Positions 28,801 to 40,800 of a DNA stretch of 64,000 nt are shown one piece after another. The notes under the pieces were generated by a model. That model was not told the DNA's origin. It ran no database searches and was given only the letters and a program-made list of their open reading frames with translations. The stretch is from Amphiscolops sp. MND2022 (lineage: Eukaryota). The translations under genes and the position numbers were made by a program. The first letter of the stretch is position 1; the number at the start of each line of letters is the position of its first letter. The DNA is taken from assembly GCA_964187785.1 (NCBI GenBank), contig OZ076409.1:7132001-7196000 (forward strand), given 5' to 3'.

Positions 28801-31800
28801 CATCAGTTGCCTGTAAATCCATAATAATAATAATGATAATAAACTAATGAAGTATTCCACTAATTGAATAGAAATAGTTATAAGTAATAGCAAAAAGTAG
28901 AAATATTAAATACAGTATCGTCTTTTACAGGAAATGCCAAAAGCTGCATCACCTTGAAGGAACGTCCGTCGCCCGTGGAAGACATTTGGGTCACTAATCA
29001 GGGCAGAGACTGGGCAGAGCTCTGTTGGGACTTCGACGACCATGAAAAACTTCCCAAGGGGGTCTCGCGATCCGTGAAGCTTGTTTTGATCGACCAGGAT
29101 GGATTCCTTGCCAACTACGCCCGAGTAGACTTCGAACCCGACTACAGGTCTCTGTCTTACCGCATCCCATGTTGAGCTTCCCTTCAGAATCTGTACAAAT
29201 CTGCGAGCCAATTTTCTTTGAGGATCTGTAAAGATCGTGTCACTACTTCGTAAGGACAACTGCAGATCTGCGAGGATCTTCACTGATTTTTAAGGATTTT
29301 CTGTACAGATTTTTCAGGAACATTTTTGAGGATCTTCTGGTGAAACAATGTATTTCAATTTGGGTTTCTTCAACAAGTATTGCAGCTGACGGATTCGATT
29401 GCGACAGATCTGAACAGATTCGCAGGGAGTGCTCAACATGGGATAGCGACAACTCCTATCAAGCGAAAACTCATATCAAATTAGACAATAGGGTACAAAT
29501 ATCTAAAATTAGTTCTAAGAACAACTTATAATTAACTGCAATTAGAATTTTCAAAGTTCCTTTGGCATTATTTTGCTTTTGACGCGCTCTCCTCAACGTT
29601 ATTTTTCTGCAACCTTTTTGGATGAATGAAGTAACTATCCTTTACATTGATATTTACCATGAAATCATGTTATTTTACAATTTGTAAAACTTCGCTAATT
29701 AGCTGATGAATTATTTGGAATAAATTTTCCTAAATAGTTTTAATTTTCTGATATGAATTTTGATTGATAAGAGTTATCGCTTGATATGAGTTGTCGTTTT
29801 TTGAAATTAATATGAGTTGTCGCCTGATATGAGTTGTGGCCCAACGCTGTCTTGCTAATGGCATAGTGATTCTTCCCTGAAAGATTGTAATGATCTAGTT
29901 TTTTATTCGAGCTTTCTGGGTGATATCCGTAGGGATGTTTCGAACAAGATAGCATTGCCGACGAAAAGGGTCTTTCTTCTTCATTGAACAATGGTGAAAC
30001 TTTGGACAAAGATGAAATTTTATTTTCTTTGAGATTTCTGGACTCTTTTAAACTCGGCGTTTCTAGAAAAAAAACGAAAAAAGTTGTGAAAGTTTCAGTA
30101 TTCTGTTTCTTCTCATCAGCCTTGTAAATTTGACTATGGTTAGAACCGAGCAAAGATTTTAAAAATTCAACGGGTAAAAAACTCGGTTTCAGGACATTCC
30201 ATTATATGCAATTTCAACAGTGGCCATTTTCAACCATCCGCAATTTGAGCTGATTAATTTTGAATAATGGATCCCAATTATACTATAGTCAAATAATTAG
30301 TTTAGGTAGTCCTTATTGTCATGCATTTCTAAATTCAAATGTACTAATTTTCATTTGTACTAATAGTTTTGATATGTTTTGGTTTCTTCATGAAGGATTA
30401 CCATTAATTGAGGCTGTTTGATTCATTACTAAAGATTCAATTGTATTATTTCATTACAATCTTCAGTAAGGAATCAAACAGCCTTAATTAAAATCAATCC
30501 AATTTAATTTGCTAATAAACGAGTTGTCAACACCATATGATATATATAATATTTTTACAATACTTTTTTAACTTTTATAATTCCAAAAATTCCACGAAAG
30601 AATATTCCATATTTTGTAAATCTCATTGTAATATCTTTGATAAATTGTTGGGTTTCAATCATAAATAAACAGTTTCTTTGTAAATTTCTCCAAGCTTCAG
30701 TTCGAATTAGGTTTCTGTGCCGACTTTGTTGTCGTTATCTTCTTAATCAACTTTCTTCGCTTCAGTCAAATACTTCGGAAGGATTCGATTGTTCATTGCC
30801 TTAATTAATGGTAATTCTTCATGAAGAAACCGAAGTTCAACTGTAACTCAATTGAATAAGGAGTTAAGGTTGAAATTGCGGAAGGTTGAAAATGCAATAG
30901 GTTGAACTTGTGAACGGTTGAAACGGCAACAGTTGAATTTGCATAGGACGAAATATCGTGTAACCAAAAAATTCAACAATCACTTTGCTTCTCGCAGGGG
31001 ATGTCGAATCCAGGGTCTGATCAGTGAAAAGCTGTACGAAGTGATGCTTTTTGTGTGCGTGGGTGAAAAAAACATGAGCGTCCCTACCATCATCACAATC
31101 AGCCCCAAAGGTACCCTAGATTTCTGTTATGTATCCTGAATTCATTCATGCCTGCGTATACCCTAGCTGAACATTTACACGTTTGCTGCCAGAATCTTCC
31201 ATGTTTCATGGGAAGAAACAAGACCATGATGTGTTGGAAATGTATCAGGTAATTTTTTGCAAATTTTGAGGAAAATACTAGACATTTTTCTGAGGATCCG
31301 TTGAAGAATCTTGAGAATCTTGTAGAAAATATCTCGCAGTAAACTTCCTAGAGTTCGATTAGAGTATGCATGTATACTTCAGTTCAGAAGAAACTCTAAA
31401 TTGTTCAATTGTATAACGTTAAGAGTGATTTCGTCCTAAAATCGTCAGTTTGAAGCTGAAAATGCTTACTGCGAACGTACGCTGATTCGTCAGAAAAAAA
31501 TCTTTTCGGAAATCTCGAGCTTAAAAACTTGAGGAAAATGTCCAGTTATTCTAACGGCTATCTAATTTAAAAATGTTCGAGAATATTCTTCTTGACGCGT
31601 TCAAAAATACGAGAATGCGAAAAAAATGAAACCGAAGGAAGTAATTACTTTTGAACTTGACCGAATTTCCCAATAATCTCACAATATTCTTGCTAACATA
31701 CTTTTTTTCTCAATTTTTGAAAACATTGCACCCCTAATAACTATTTCGCGCCCGTTATAAACAAATTTTCAAAGCCATTACTGCGAAAAGGACTGATGTC

Positions 31801-34800
31801 TTGTGATTCCTTCCATTTGTGCGTTTAAACTAAATAATTGAAGTTGCAAAAAACCTTCAATTGATTTTTTAAACCTAATTATAGAACTAAGAAGCCAATC
31901 AGTTTATACTAGCAAAAAACGTTAATTTTTTAGGAATTGGAGAGGGGACTGAACATAACAGGGAAGGAAATGAAGAAGAAGAAGAAGAAGAAGAAGAAGT
32001 TTGGGTTCTAGGTCCGGAACTACAAGCAGAAATAATTCAACAAGGTGAATCAGGTAGGTTCAATGATAAAAACAAAGAATATTAACAATAATACACCATT
32101 TCAAACGGATTTTCGCCCTTCCCAAATTCAATTTCGTCTTGGTTTTAAGTTTTTTTGTCAATTTATTATAAGTCCAAATTAAATAGGACGTAATTGGTTT
32201 CACGGAAGCCACCGCGACGAATTTGATTTTGGCTCGGACGAAATTGAATTTGGGAAGGACGGAAATCGGTTTGTAATGGTGTAATTCTAGTTACAAGAGG
32301 GCATAAATTATAGAAAATATTTTAACATGAAGAATGTACACTGCAGCCCCTGAAATGGACCCCTAAGAGCACTTGGCTTTTGAAGAGGGATCCTTATCAA
32401 TGGAACAAAAGTATTGTTTTTTTTGTGTGTGGGTGGGTAAAAATAAATATAATAATTATAATGTGTGGATAAAGATCTTATAAAGAATAATTTAGTGTCA
32501 CCTTTGACTTAACGGATCGAATAACTCGAACGTGTTTTTTTAAAATTCCCAAACAGTTTCTGCCAGAAACTGTTTGGGAATTTTAAAAAAGTGGAGTTTG
32601 ACAGAGGAGCTATTTTAATGTGACGCAATTTTAAGAAAAGGCCGACGATTTTGAGCATTTTCGTTGGTTTTCAAGTTTGTGAAAGTGACCAAAAAAGTTC
32701 AACAAAAGTTTTATTTTAATACTAGCGAATTGACAGATTTTTAAAAGCATTTCGATAAGTTACTGTACTCTAACTGCTACTAGGCCTAGAGGTTACCTCT
32801 GATTTCTTGAAGACGATGTCTGAGATGAAGAAAGAGTACGTGGGTTCGAGTTTTGCACTAAACCAGAATTTTATGCTTACAAAAGTAAAGGGAAGACCAG
32901 AGGGCCCCACGCTCGGTGTTTTTTCGGCACTATGTGACTTTTCGAGTTAGGGTGAAAGTGGTTTTCGTGTCTTTTTTGATGCAATACCTCACAATTGATC
33001 CAAAAATAGTTTCATTTGATTGCACTAAACTAGAATTTTATGCTTACAAAAGTAAAGGAAAGACCAGAGGGCCCCACGCTCGGTGTTTTTTCGGCACTAT
33101 GTGACTTTTCGAGTTAGGGTGAAAGTGGTTTTCGTGTCTTTTTTGATGCAATACCTCACAATTGATCCAAAAATAGTTTCATTTGATTGCACTAAACTAG
33201 AATTTTATGCTTACAAAAGTAAAGGAAAGACCAGAGGGCCCCACGCTCGGTGTTTTTTCGGCACTATGTGACTTTTCGAGTTAGGGTGAAAGTGGTTTTC
33301 GTGTCTTTTTTGATGCAATACCTCACAATTGATCCAAAAATAGTTTCATTTGATTGCACTAAACTAGAATTTTATGCTTACAAAAGTAAAGGAAAGACCA
33401 GAGGGCCCCACGCTCGGTGTTTTTTCGGCACTATGTGACTTTTCGAGTTAGGGTGAAAGTGGTTTTCGTGTCTTTTTTGATGCAATACCTCACAATTGAT
33501 CCAGAAATAGTTTCATTTGATTTACAAGGGAGCTTGTGTATTGATTGTGGGCCCAAAAATTTTGATAAAACATGACTTTGGAACTCACAAAGTAGAAAAA
33601 TTTGAAATTCATCTCTAAACAAGAAAAGCCTCAAGATCCCACGCTCATACAAGGCTGAAGTCATTGCGTCTATATACACAGTGCAAAAATGTTTGAGTTG
33701 AAAATTTCAAATTACTGAAAGGAATTTTCGGCAAATTAGTCAATTTCGTACCAAACAAGCCGGGAACGGCATAAGTTGGCGCCATATCTAAGGCTTAGAA
33801 ATAGCAAAAGGACTTCAAACTGTCAAGTATTTCTTACTTCACAAGTATTCTTTACAAGTAGTCAGTACCTGAAAAACCCAAGAAGTTTGACCAAATTTGC
33901 AAGCCGGGTGCCCGCTAGCGGGCCCCGGCGCGCTAAAAGTGGGATCTTTTCGGATTTATAACATCCATTGTTACAAAACGTCTAAAAATTGAAGGGGGAC
34001 CATTTCATGATATTTTTTTCGAAAAAAAATCTAAAAGTGCTGAAAAAATGAAAAAAAACTAAAAGGGGGACCCTTCAGTCTGTCCTGGTATTGTATGTTA
34101 CGCGGAAAAACATAAAAAAACTTTTTTGGTTCAGTTCGCTAAGCCAAATGTTGCAATTTGGTCTCATGAAATTTCGTAGAACTTTTAAGAACTCTTTCGG
34201 TCAGTTCGTGTGGATTGAAAAAAAAGAGTCACTATAATAGTCGCGTTTCAGTTCATGAAGCGCCGACCAAAAATACACGAAGCTTATAAACATGTATCTA
34301 AATAAAATTAGAATCATTTACAGTGGTGTGAGGAAAGAACGCGACCCCGTACAAAATTTTATCGAATTGAAGTCAGATCAAAAATATAACAAAACGTATC
34401 CAAAAACGAAAAAAAAATGCAAAACGTACCATCACGTAGAAAAAAGTGTAATATTTCGTCGGATAGCTTCTTCTTGCAACAACTAGCTGCAATCGTCGAG
34501 ACATTAAGAGTTTTAAAGTTTTACAATGTACTCAACCGGAATTTTTCGAATTCTTCGTGTGCATAAGTCCAACGTTCTTCCAGGTTCTCCGGATGTCTTT
34601 TACAGTTGTTTTTCTTCAGGACACTCCACACATTTTCGATAATGTAATGCTGAGATCAGGGAACTGTACAGGCCAATTTTACAGTAAAGTAAACCCATTT
34701 TTTGTTTTTTTTTGTTTTTATCAATGTATCGGCTGGGGCATTGTCTTGTTCATGCATATAAAGGAAGTCTAGAAGATGATCTTTGAGAATTTTGGTGTAC

Positions 34801-37800
34801 TTATTTATCATACTTTGGTTTTAGCTGCGAGCAAATCGAAAGACATAGACAAACAGGATATGACTTTTTCTGGAGATGTACCTTCAAGAGACGCTTCCGA
34901 GTGTTCAACTGAAGCTGATTTTCTACAGGGTTGGTTGAATCACTTCTTCACTTTTCATTTCAATAAACAACCCAAAGTTACAAAATCCAGAACTTTTTTC
35001 TGGCATTGCTTTATAATTTCGGCTCTCAACTCTGTTATTGTAGATTTGAAAACATTAAAAACTGACTAACCTTGACATGTCATGCAACCGAGGAGGGGGG
35101 AAAATTCTATGACCTTGAATTACTTTCTCCGAGCATTTGAGGATAACTCCCTTCGATGCTTCAGACGAAAAACGATATTTTAATGTGAAGACGAATCCCC
35201 ATGGATGTACACTGTACTGACACCCGATGGCATTCCATCCATGGCCAGTCTGGTTTTCCATCCATGGACAGTCTGGTCTTCCATCCATACCAGTCTGGCT
35301 CTCCATCCATGGCCAGTCTGGTTTTCCATCCATTCCAGTCTGGCTCTCCATCCATGGCCAGTCTGGTTTTCCATCCATGGCCAGTCTGGTTTTCCATCCA
35401 TACCCAGTCTGGTCTTCCATCCATACCAGTCTGGCTCTCCATCCATGGCCAGTCTGGTTTTCCATCCATGGCCAGTCTGGTTTTCCATCCATACCCAGTC
35501 TGGTCTTCCATCCATACCAGTCTGGCTCTCCATCCATGGCCAGCCTGGTTTTCCATCCATACCAGTCTGGCTCTCCATCCATGGCCAGTCTGGTTTTCCA
35601 TCCATGGCCAGTCTGGTTTTCCATCCATACCCAGTCTGGTCTTCCATCCATACCAGTCTGGCTCTCCATCCATGGCCAGTCTGGTTTTCCATCCATGGCC
35701 AGTCTGGTTTTCCATCCATACCCAGTCTGGTCTTCCATCCATACCAGTCTGGCTCTCCATCCATGGCCAGTCTGGTTTTCCATCCATGGCCAGTCTGGTT
35801 TTCCATCCATACCCAGTCTGGTCTTCCATCCATACCAGTCTGGCTCTCCATCCATGGCCAGCCTGGTTTTCCATCCATACCAGTCTGGCTCTCCATCCAT
35901 GGCCAGTCTGGTTTTCCATCCATTCCAGTCTGGCTCTCCATCCATGGCCAGTCTGGTTTTCCATCCATGGCCAGTCTGGTTTTCCATCCATACCCAGTCT
36001 GGTCTTCCATCCATACCAGTCTGGCTCTCCATCCATGGCCAGTCTGGTTTTCCATCCATGGCCAGTCTGGTTTTCCATCCATACCCAGTCTGGTCTTCCA
36101 TCCATACCAGTCTGGCTCTCCATCCATGGCCAGCCTGGTTTTCCATCCATACCAGTCTGGCTCTCCATCCATGGCCAGTCTGGTTTTCCATCCATTCCAG
36201 TCTGGCTCTCCATCCATGGCCAGTCTGGTTTTCCATCCATGGCCAGTCTGGTTTTCCATCCATACCCAGTCTGGTCTTCCATCCATACCAGTCTGGCTCT
36301 CCATCCATGGCCAGTCTGGTTTTCCATCCATGGCCAGTCTGGTTTTCCATCCATACCCAGTCTGGTCTTCCATCCATACCAGTCTGGCTCTCCATCCATG
36401 GCCAGCCTGGTTTTCCATCCATACCAGTCTGGCTCTCCATCCATGGCCAGTCTGGTTTTCCATCCATGGCCAGTCTGGTTTTCCATCCATACCCAGTCTG
36501 GTCTTCCATCCATACCAGTCTGGCTCTCCATCCATGGCCAGTCTGGTTTTCCATCCATGGCCAGTCTGGTTTTCCATCCATACCCAGTCTGGTTTTCCAT
36601 CCATACCAGTCTGGCTCTCCATCCATGGCCAGTCTGGTTTTCCATCCATACCAGTCTGGCTCTCCCTCCATGGCCAGCCTGGTTTTCCATCCATACCAGT
36701 CTGGCTCTCCATCCATCGCCAGTCTACATTCTGATCATAGAGAAAAATTATAGATTTTCTTGCAAAGTCATTTCATCTAATTCTGTAATATCTTGTTAGA
36801 AAATGCATTATATGACACTAACGTTTCAAGATTCTTGTAAGATTTGCAAACTCCAGCTGAAAACGATTCAAAAGATGCATTAATTTTTTACAAAATTCTT
36901 TCCAAAGTTGCATCGTTCAATTTAAGGAAATGATGTGGGAAAGTGCAGCTTATCAATCCAAAATATATGAAAGCAACAAATGGTACCATTTCTAAGGAAA
37001 ACTATTGATGTGTGTTTACAAGTTCGAAACCAAAATAAAACAGATATGATAGAAGTAAGATGACATTAAACTTTTGTATTTTTTAAGAACCTGTGACTGA
37101 TGAAAAGAAAGTGAAAGTAGAAACGAAGTCGCCAGTCGGAGGCAAGAAGGAATCGGAACCAAAGGAAGGGGCAACAAGCCGGGAACGGCATAAGTCGGCG
37201 CCATATCTAAGGCTCAAGAATAGCAAAAGCCGTCGAAGTCTCAAGTATTCTTTTACAGTACGAAAGTTGGGCCGAATTGGCAAACCGGGGGCCGCTAGCG
37301 CGCTAAAAGGGGGACCCGTTTGGATTTTTTAACATCCAAAAAAATGAAAAAAGTCTCACAATGCCGAAAAAACTGAAAAGGGGACCCTTTATTCTCTCCC
37401 GGTATTGTATGTTACGCCGAAAAAGAGGAAAAACGTTTTTAGTTCAGTTCGCTAGGCCAAATGGTTCAATTTGACACCATAAAATTTCGAAGAACTTTTA
37501 AGAACTATTTTGGTCAGTTCATGTGGATTGAAAAAAAAATTTAAAAAGAGTCACTATCATAGTCGCGTTTCACTTCATGAAGCGCCGACTAAAAAGGGAA
37601 AGTTTGAGCCGAGAGAAGAGCAATATGAAGAAAGAACAGAGGAATGATTTGAAAGGGGCCGAGATCGAGTCGGCCTATCAGAGGATGGTAGAAGAGCTGG
37701 CAGTCAGTGGTCACATGCTATCTACATGTTGGTTTGTACTTTTTAAAGTACCAACTTTGACTTATAAATACAGTAATAAGTTAATATACCTTCTTTTCAT

Positions 37801-40800
37801 TCTTATTCGTCAAAACTTCAAGAAAGTTAGACAATCTTCTTTCAAATGAAAAAACTTCAAGCAGTTTAATGAGACTTCAAGCAAATTGGACAGACCAAGT
37901 TTGGTCGGTTTTTCATCCAATTTCCGCTTCAAATTAGCGGTTTCAAGCATGGCAAGCATCAAAAGAACCGATATATGACTAAAATGTATCTATTCAAAGA
38001 ATTGATAATTCACTTGAAGTTTGTCGAACTTGGTTGGAGTTCTGATCAATTTGAACTAAGTTATTGCTGTAGTTCAATTTGCTTGAAGTTGTGTCTAAAT
38101 TGGTTGTCCACATGAAATGAAGAAAGGCATAATAGAAGTTTAGCAGAAAGCAGATCAGACAATCATGATAATATTCCTTTTGCTTAATTTCCAACATACA
38201 CCTAGTTATAATATGATCCCAATCATTACACAATATATGCGTTAACGTTTTATTAAAGATACGGAATTGAGCCAATTTTAGGTTGAAAATTATTGTCTTG
38301 TTTCCACTTTTCTCTAATTACGCTCGATGATCACAATTTCGTATTACACGATACGGTTCGCTCTCGTTTTACGGACAAAAACACTTCACACTTAATGATA
38401 GGTTCCACTTTTCCGGCGTATGTATCGTAATGATAGAATTTCTTTATTTTTCAGTTGGTCACGAATTAGGAATTAACTTTCAGCTGGTTAAAAGGTACTA
38501 AAATCGAGAGTCAGTTCATGGAATTTTCAGAGACAAAAACTGTTTCAGCTGTGAAGAAAAGCGTGAGTCCAGAAAACATTGAAATAACTTATGATGGCGA
38601 GCGGGGCCACCTGAGCGTAGACTGGGTCAGTTGTTCCAGCAGCGACGCGATAGTTCATTCTGAGTCCAGTGCTGGTCAAAAGTATCTCTACCGAGTCAAA
38701 ATCAAGGTTGGTAATAATCCATAATCGAATTGTGTATTTTTAGTCGGCGCTTTTCTAGTGAAAGGTGCCCGACTATTACAGTGGCTAGTTTTTACCCCAG
38801 ACCACAGAATTCACCCTGTATGTACCTCTTTTTGTGCACTGTACACGTTTACCAGAAGTACTTAGTACTTGGTTTGGAACGCATCCAAAGCCTCTAACAT
38901 GAAATACAAAACCATTGCAGAGCAGAAGGGTCCCCCTTTCCAATTTTTGGCCCTATGAGACTTTCCCCTCCGCTTTTTTCAGTGACTAGTTTTTTCGTCA
39001 GACCACAGAGCTCACATATTAGATACCACTTTTTAGTGCAGCTTTAATCGGTTTAGAGGGAACCCAGCAGTTGCGGGTTTAAGTCCCCGCTTCAGAAACT
39101 TTTTCGTGAAACCAGAAACGTTTTCGTGCATTTGCGGAACCGGTCGAGTCTGAATGAGTCCCCCTGTCACCATTTTTTAAAGCACTGTGCGACTTTTTTA
39201 CGAAAAATTTTTGATGTCTCCCCTTTTCAATTTTTGATATTTTTGCAACAAACTGAATTTTCAAAAATCCAAAGGGATCATCCCTTTCACAACTTTGGGA
39301 ATTGTGAGATTTTCCAAAATGAATAATTTTCGTCTTAAAATTTGGATTTCTCAGTGTACAAGCACATTATATCCGAATTTTATTTTTTTAAGACCGTCAA
39401 AAAGTAGTTCCCGAGTCTTATCGAGCATGAAAGGCACTCTTCGGGTGTGTCGGAATTGTTTTCTGCATTATTCATAAAATCGTCCTGGGCATATTTTTAA
39501 AACTTTGCGCTTTTTGAAACTTAGATATGGCGCCGACTTTAGACGTTCCCATCTTGTTAAGCATAGTTCGTGAACTTACTAGCGACGTTGATCAACTTTA
39601 TGTTTTTTTTCGTCATGCGAGCATGAAAAGCTGTCTCATACGCATGAAGAGATGTCTCATTGTCAAGAAGCTTATACTTGTTTTCGGGATTTTAAAAATT
39701 GAATTTGTCAAAATCTTTCAACCTTAGTGTTTTTTTGGGATAGAAACATTATTCACGAAGTAACACATTCTCTCTATTGGCTTAGAGTTTCTTGCATAAT
39801 CTAATTTCAAGTGACACGCGACTATACTAGTGACTTTTTTTTCAATCCACACGAACTGACCTAAATAGTTCTACAAAGATCTGTGAAATTATAAGGTGTC
39901 AAATTGGACCATTCGGCTCAAGGACCTGAACTATAAAAGTTGTTTTTTTCAGCATAACATACAATAGCGGGCGAGACTAAAGGGTCCCCCTTTCAGTTTT
40001 TTTGGCGTTTTGAGACTTGTTTTAATGTCTCCAAAGGGTCACCCCTAATTTCTTTTGATACTTTGCAACAGAATGGATGTTAAAAAACCGAAAGCGCGCG
40101 AACCCATTTTTAGCGCGCCAGGGGTCCGCTCCAGTGGGTACTCGCGGCTAGTTCGGTCATTTGAGTTTTCGAAAGTGCTTCGAAAGCTTTTTTGTGAGTT
40201 TGTTCATGAAAAACGTCCTGAGCATATTTTATAAAATTCCGCTTTTTGAGCCTTAGGCATAGCGCCGACTTATGCCGTTCTCGGCTTGTTTTTCACGACG
40301 TTGCTAAATTTGACGAAGGTAAAAAAACGCCTAAAATTTCGAAGCAAGATACGATATTAGTAACATCGGCTTCTCAAATCAATATGAAACAAGACGCCCG
40401 TTAAGCACCGGGACATCCTCCGCTAAAAATGTAACGAATCAGCACGGGTACGAACCCACGACCTCGTGTCTGTCAGGCAGACGCACTACCAACTGTGCCA
40501 TGGTGACTAGAATTTACAAAATAGTCAAGTGAAGATGGAGATTGTGGAGATTTGGCAGAATTTGGGAAAAAAACGCAACACAGAATATGATTTTCCTCCC
40601 CCATTATGATTGGGCGGAAAATAAAAACTATTTTCATCAGCAGAAATATCCCCTGTATTGCAGTACCCTGGAAACAATGGGGAATTTGTGGAAGTTACGA
40701 AGCGGACCCCTCAAACCCATCTGGACCTGCAGTTGCCGCCGGGTGTCGCCAGTGCTGATGACATCCAGGTGTCCATCTCAGCCGAGCCAGTCCAGAAGAG

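Larger units (their letters stand above)
26590..28843 (+). mobile_element. 5'-truncated non-LTR retrotransposon (CR1/L2-like LINE): RT region, 3' UTR and (ATA)n tail
   Basis: Motifs GPDGIP, NYRPVSLL, QHGFRKGRSC, DFEKAFDKVDH, GVPQGSLLGPLLF and ADDAKL. One in-frame TGA at 26811-26813 where W is expected. Stop at 28160. ATA repeats at ~28821-28843. Confidence 0.9.

Noticed and set aside
35233..36725. CRISPR-like array (also considered for the 167-bp and 153-bp repeats)
   Set aside because: No unique spacers, no cas genes, and a eukaryotic context.
35055..36799. Six overlapping 500+ aa ORFs
   Set aside because: Artefact of a stop-free 22-23 bp satellite whose period is not a multiple of 3; the same peptides cycle through all frames.
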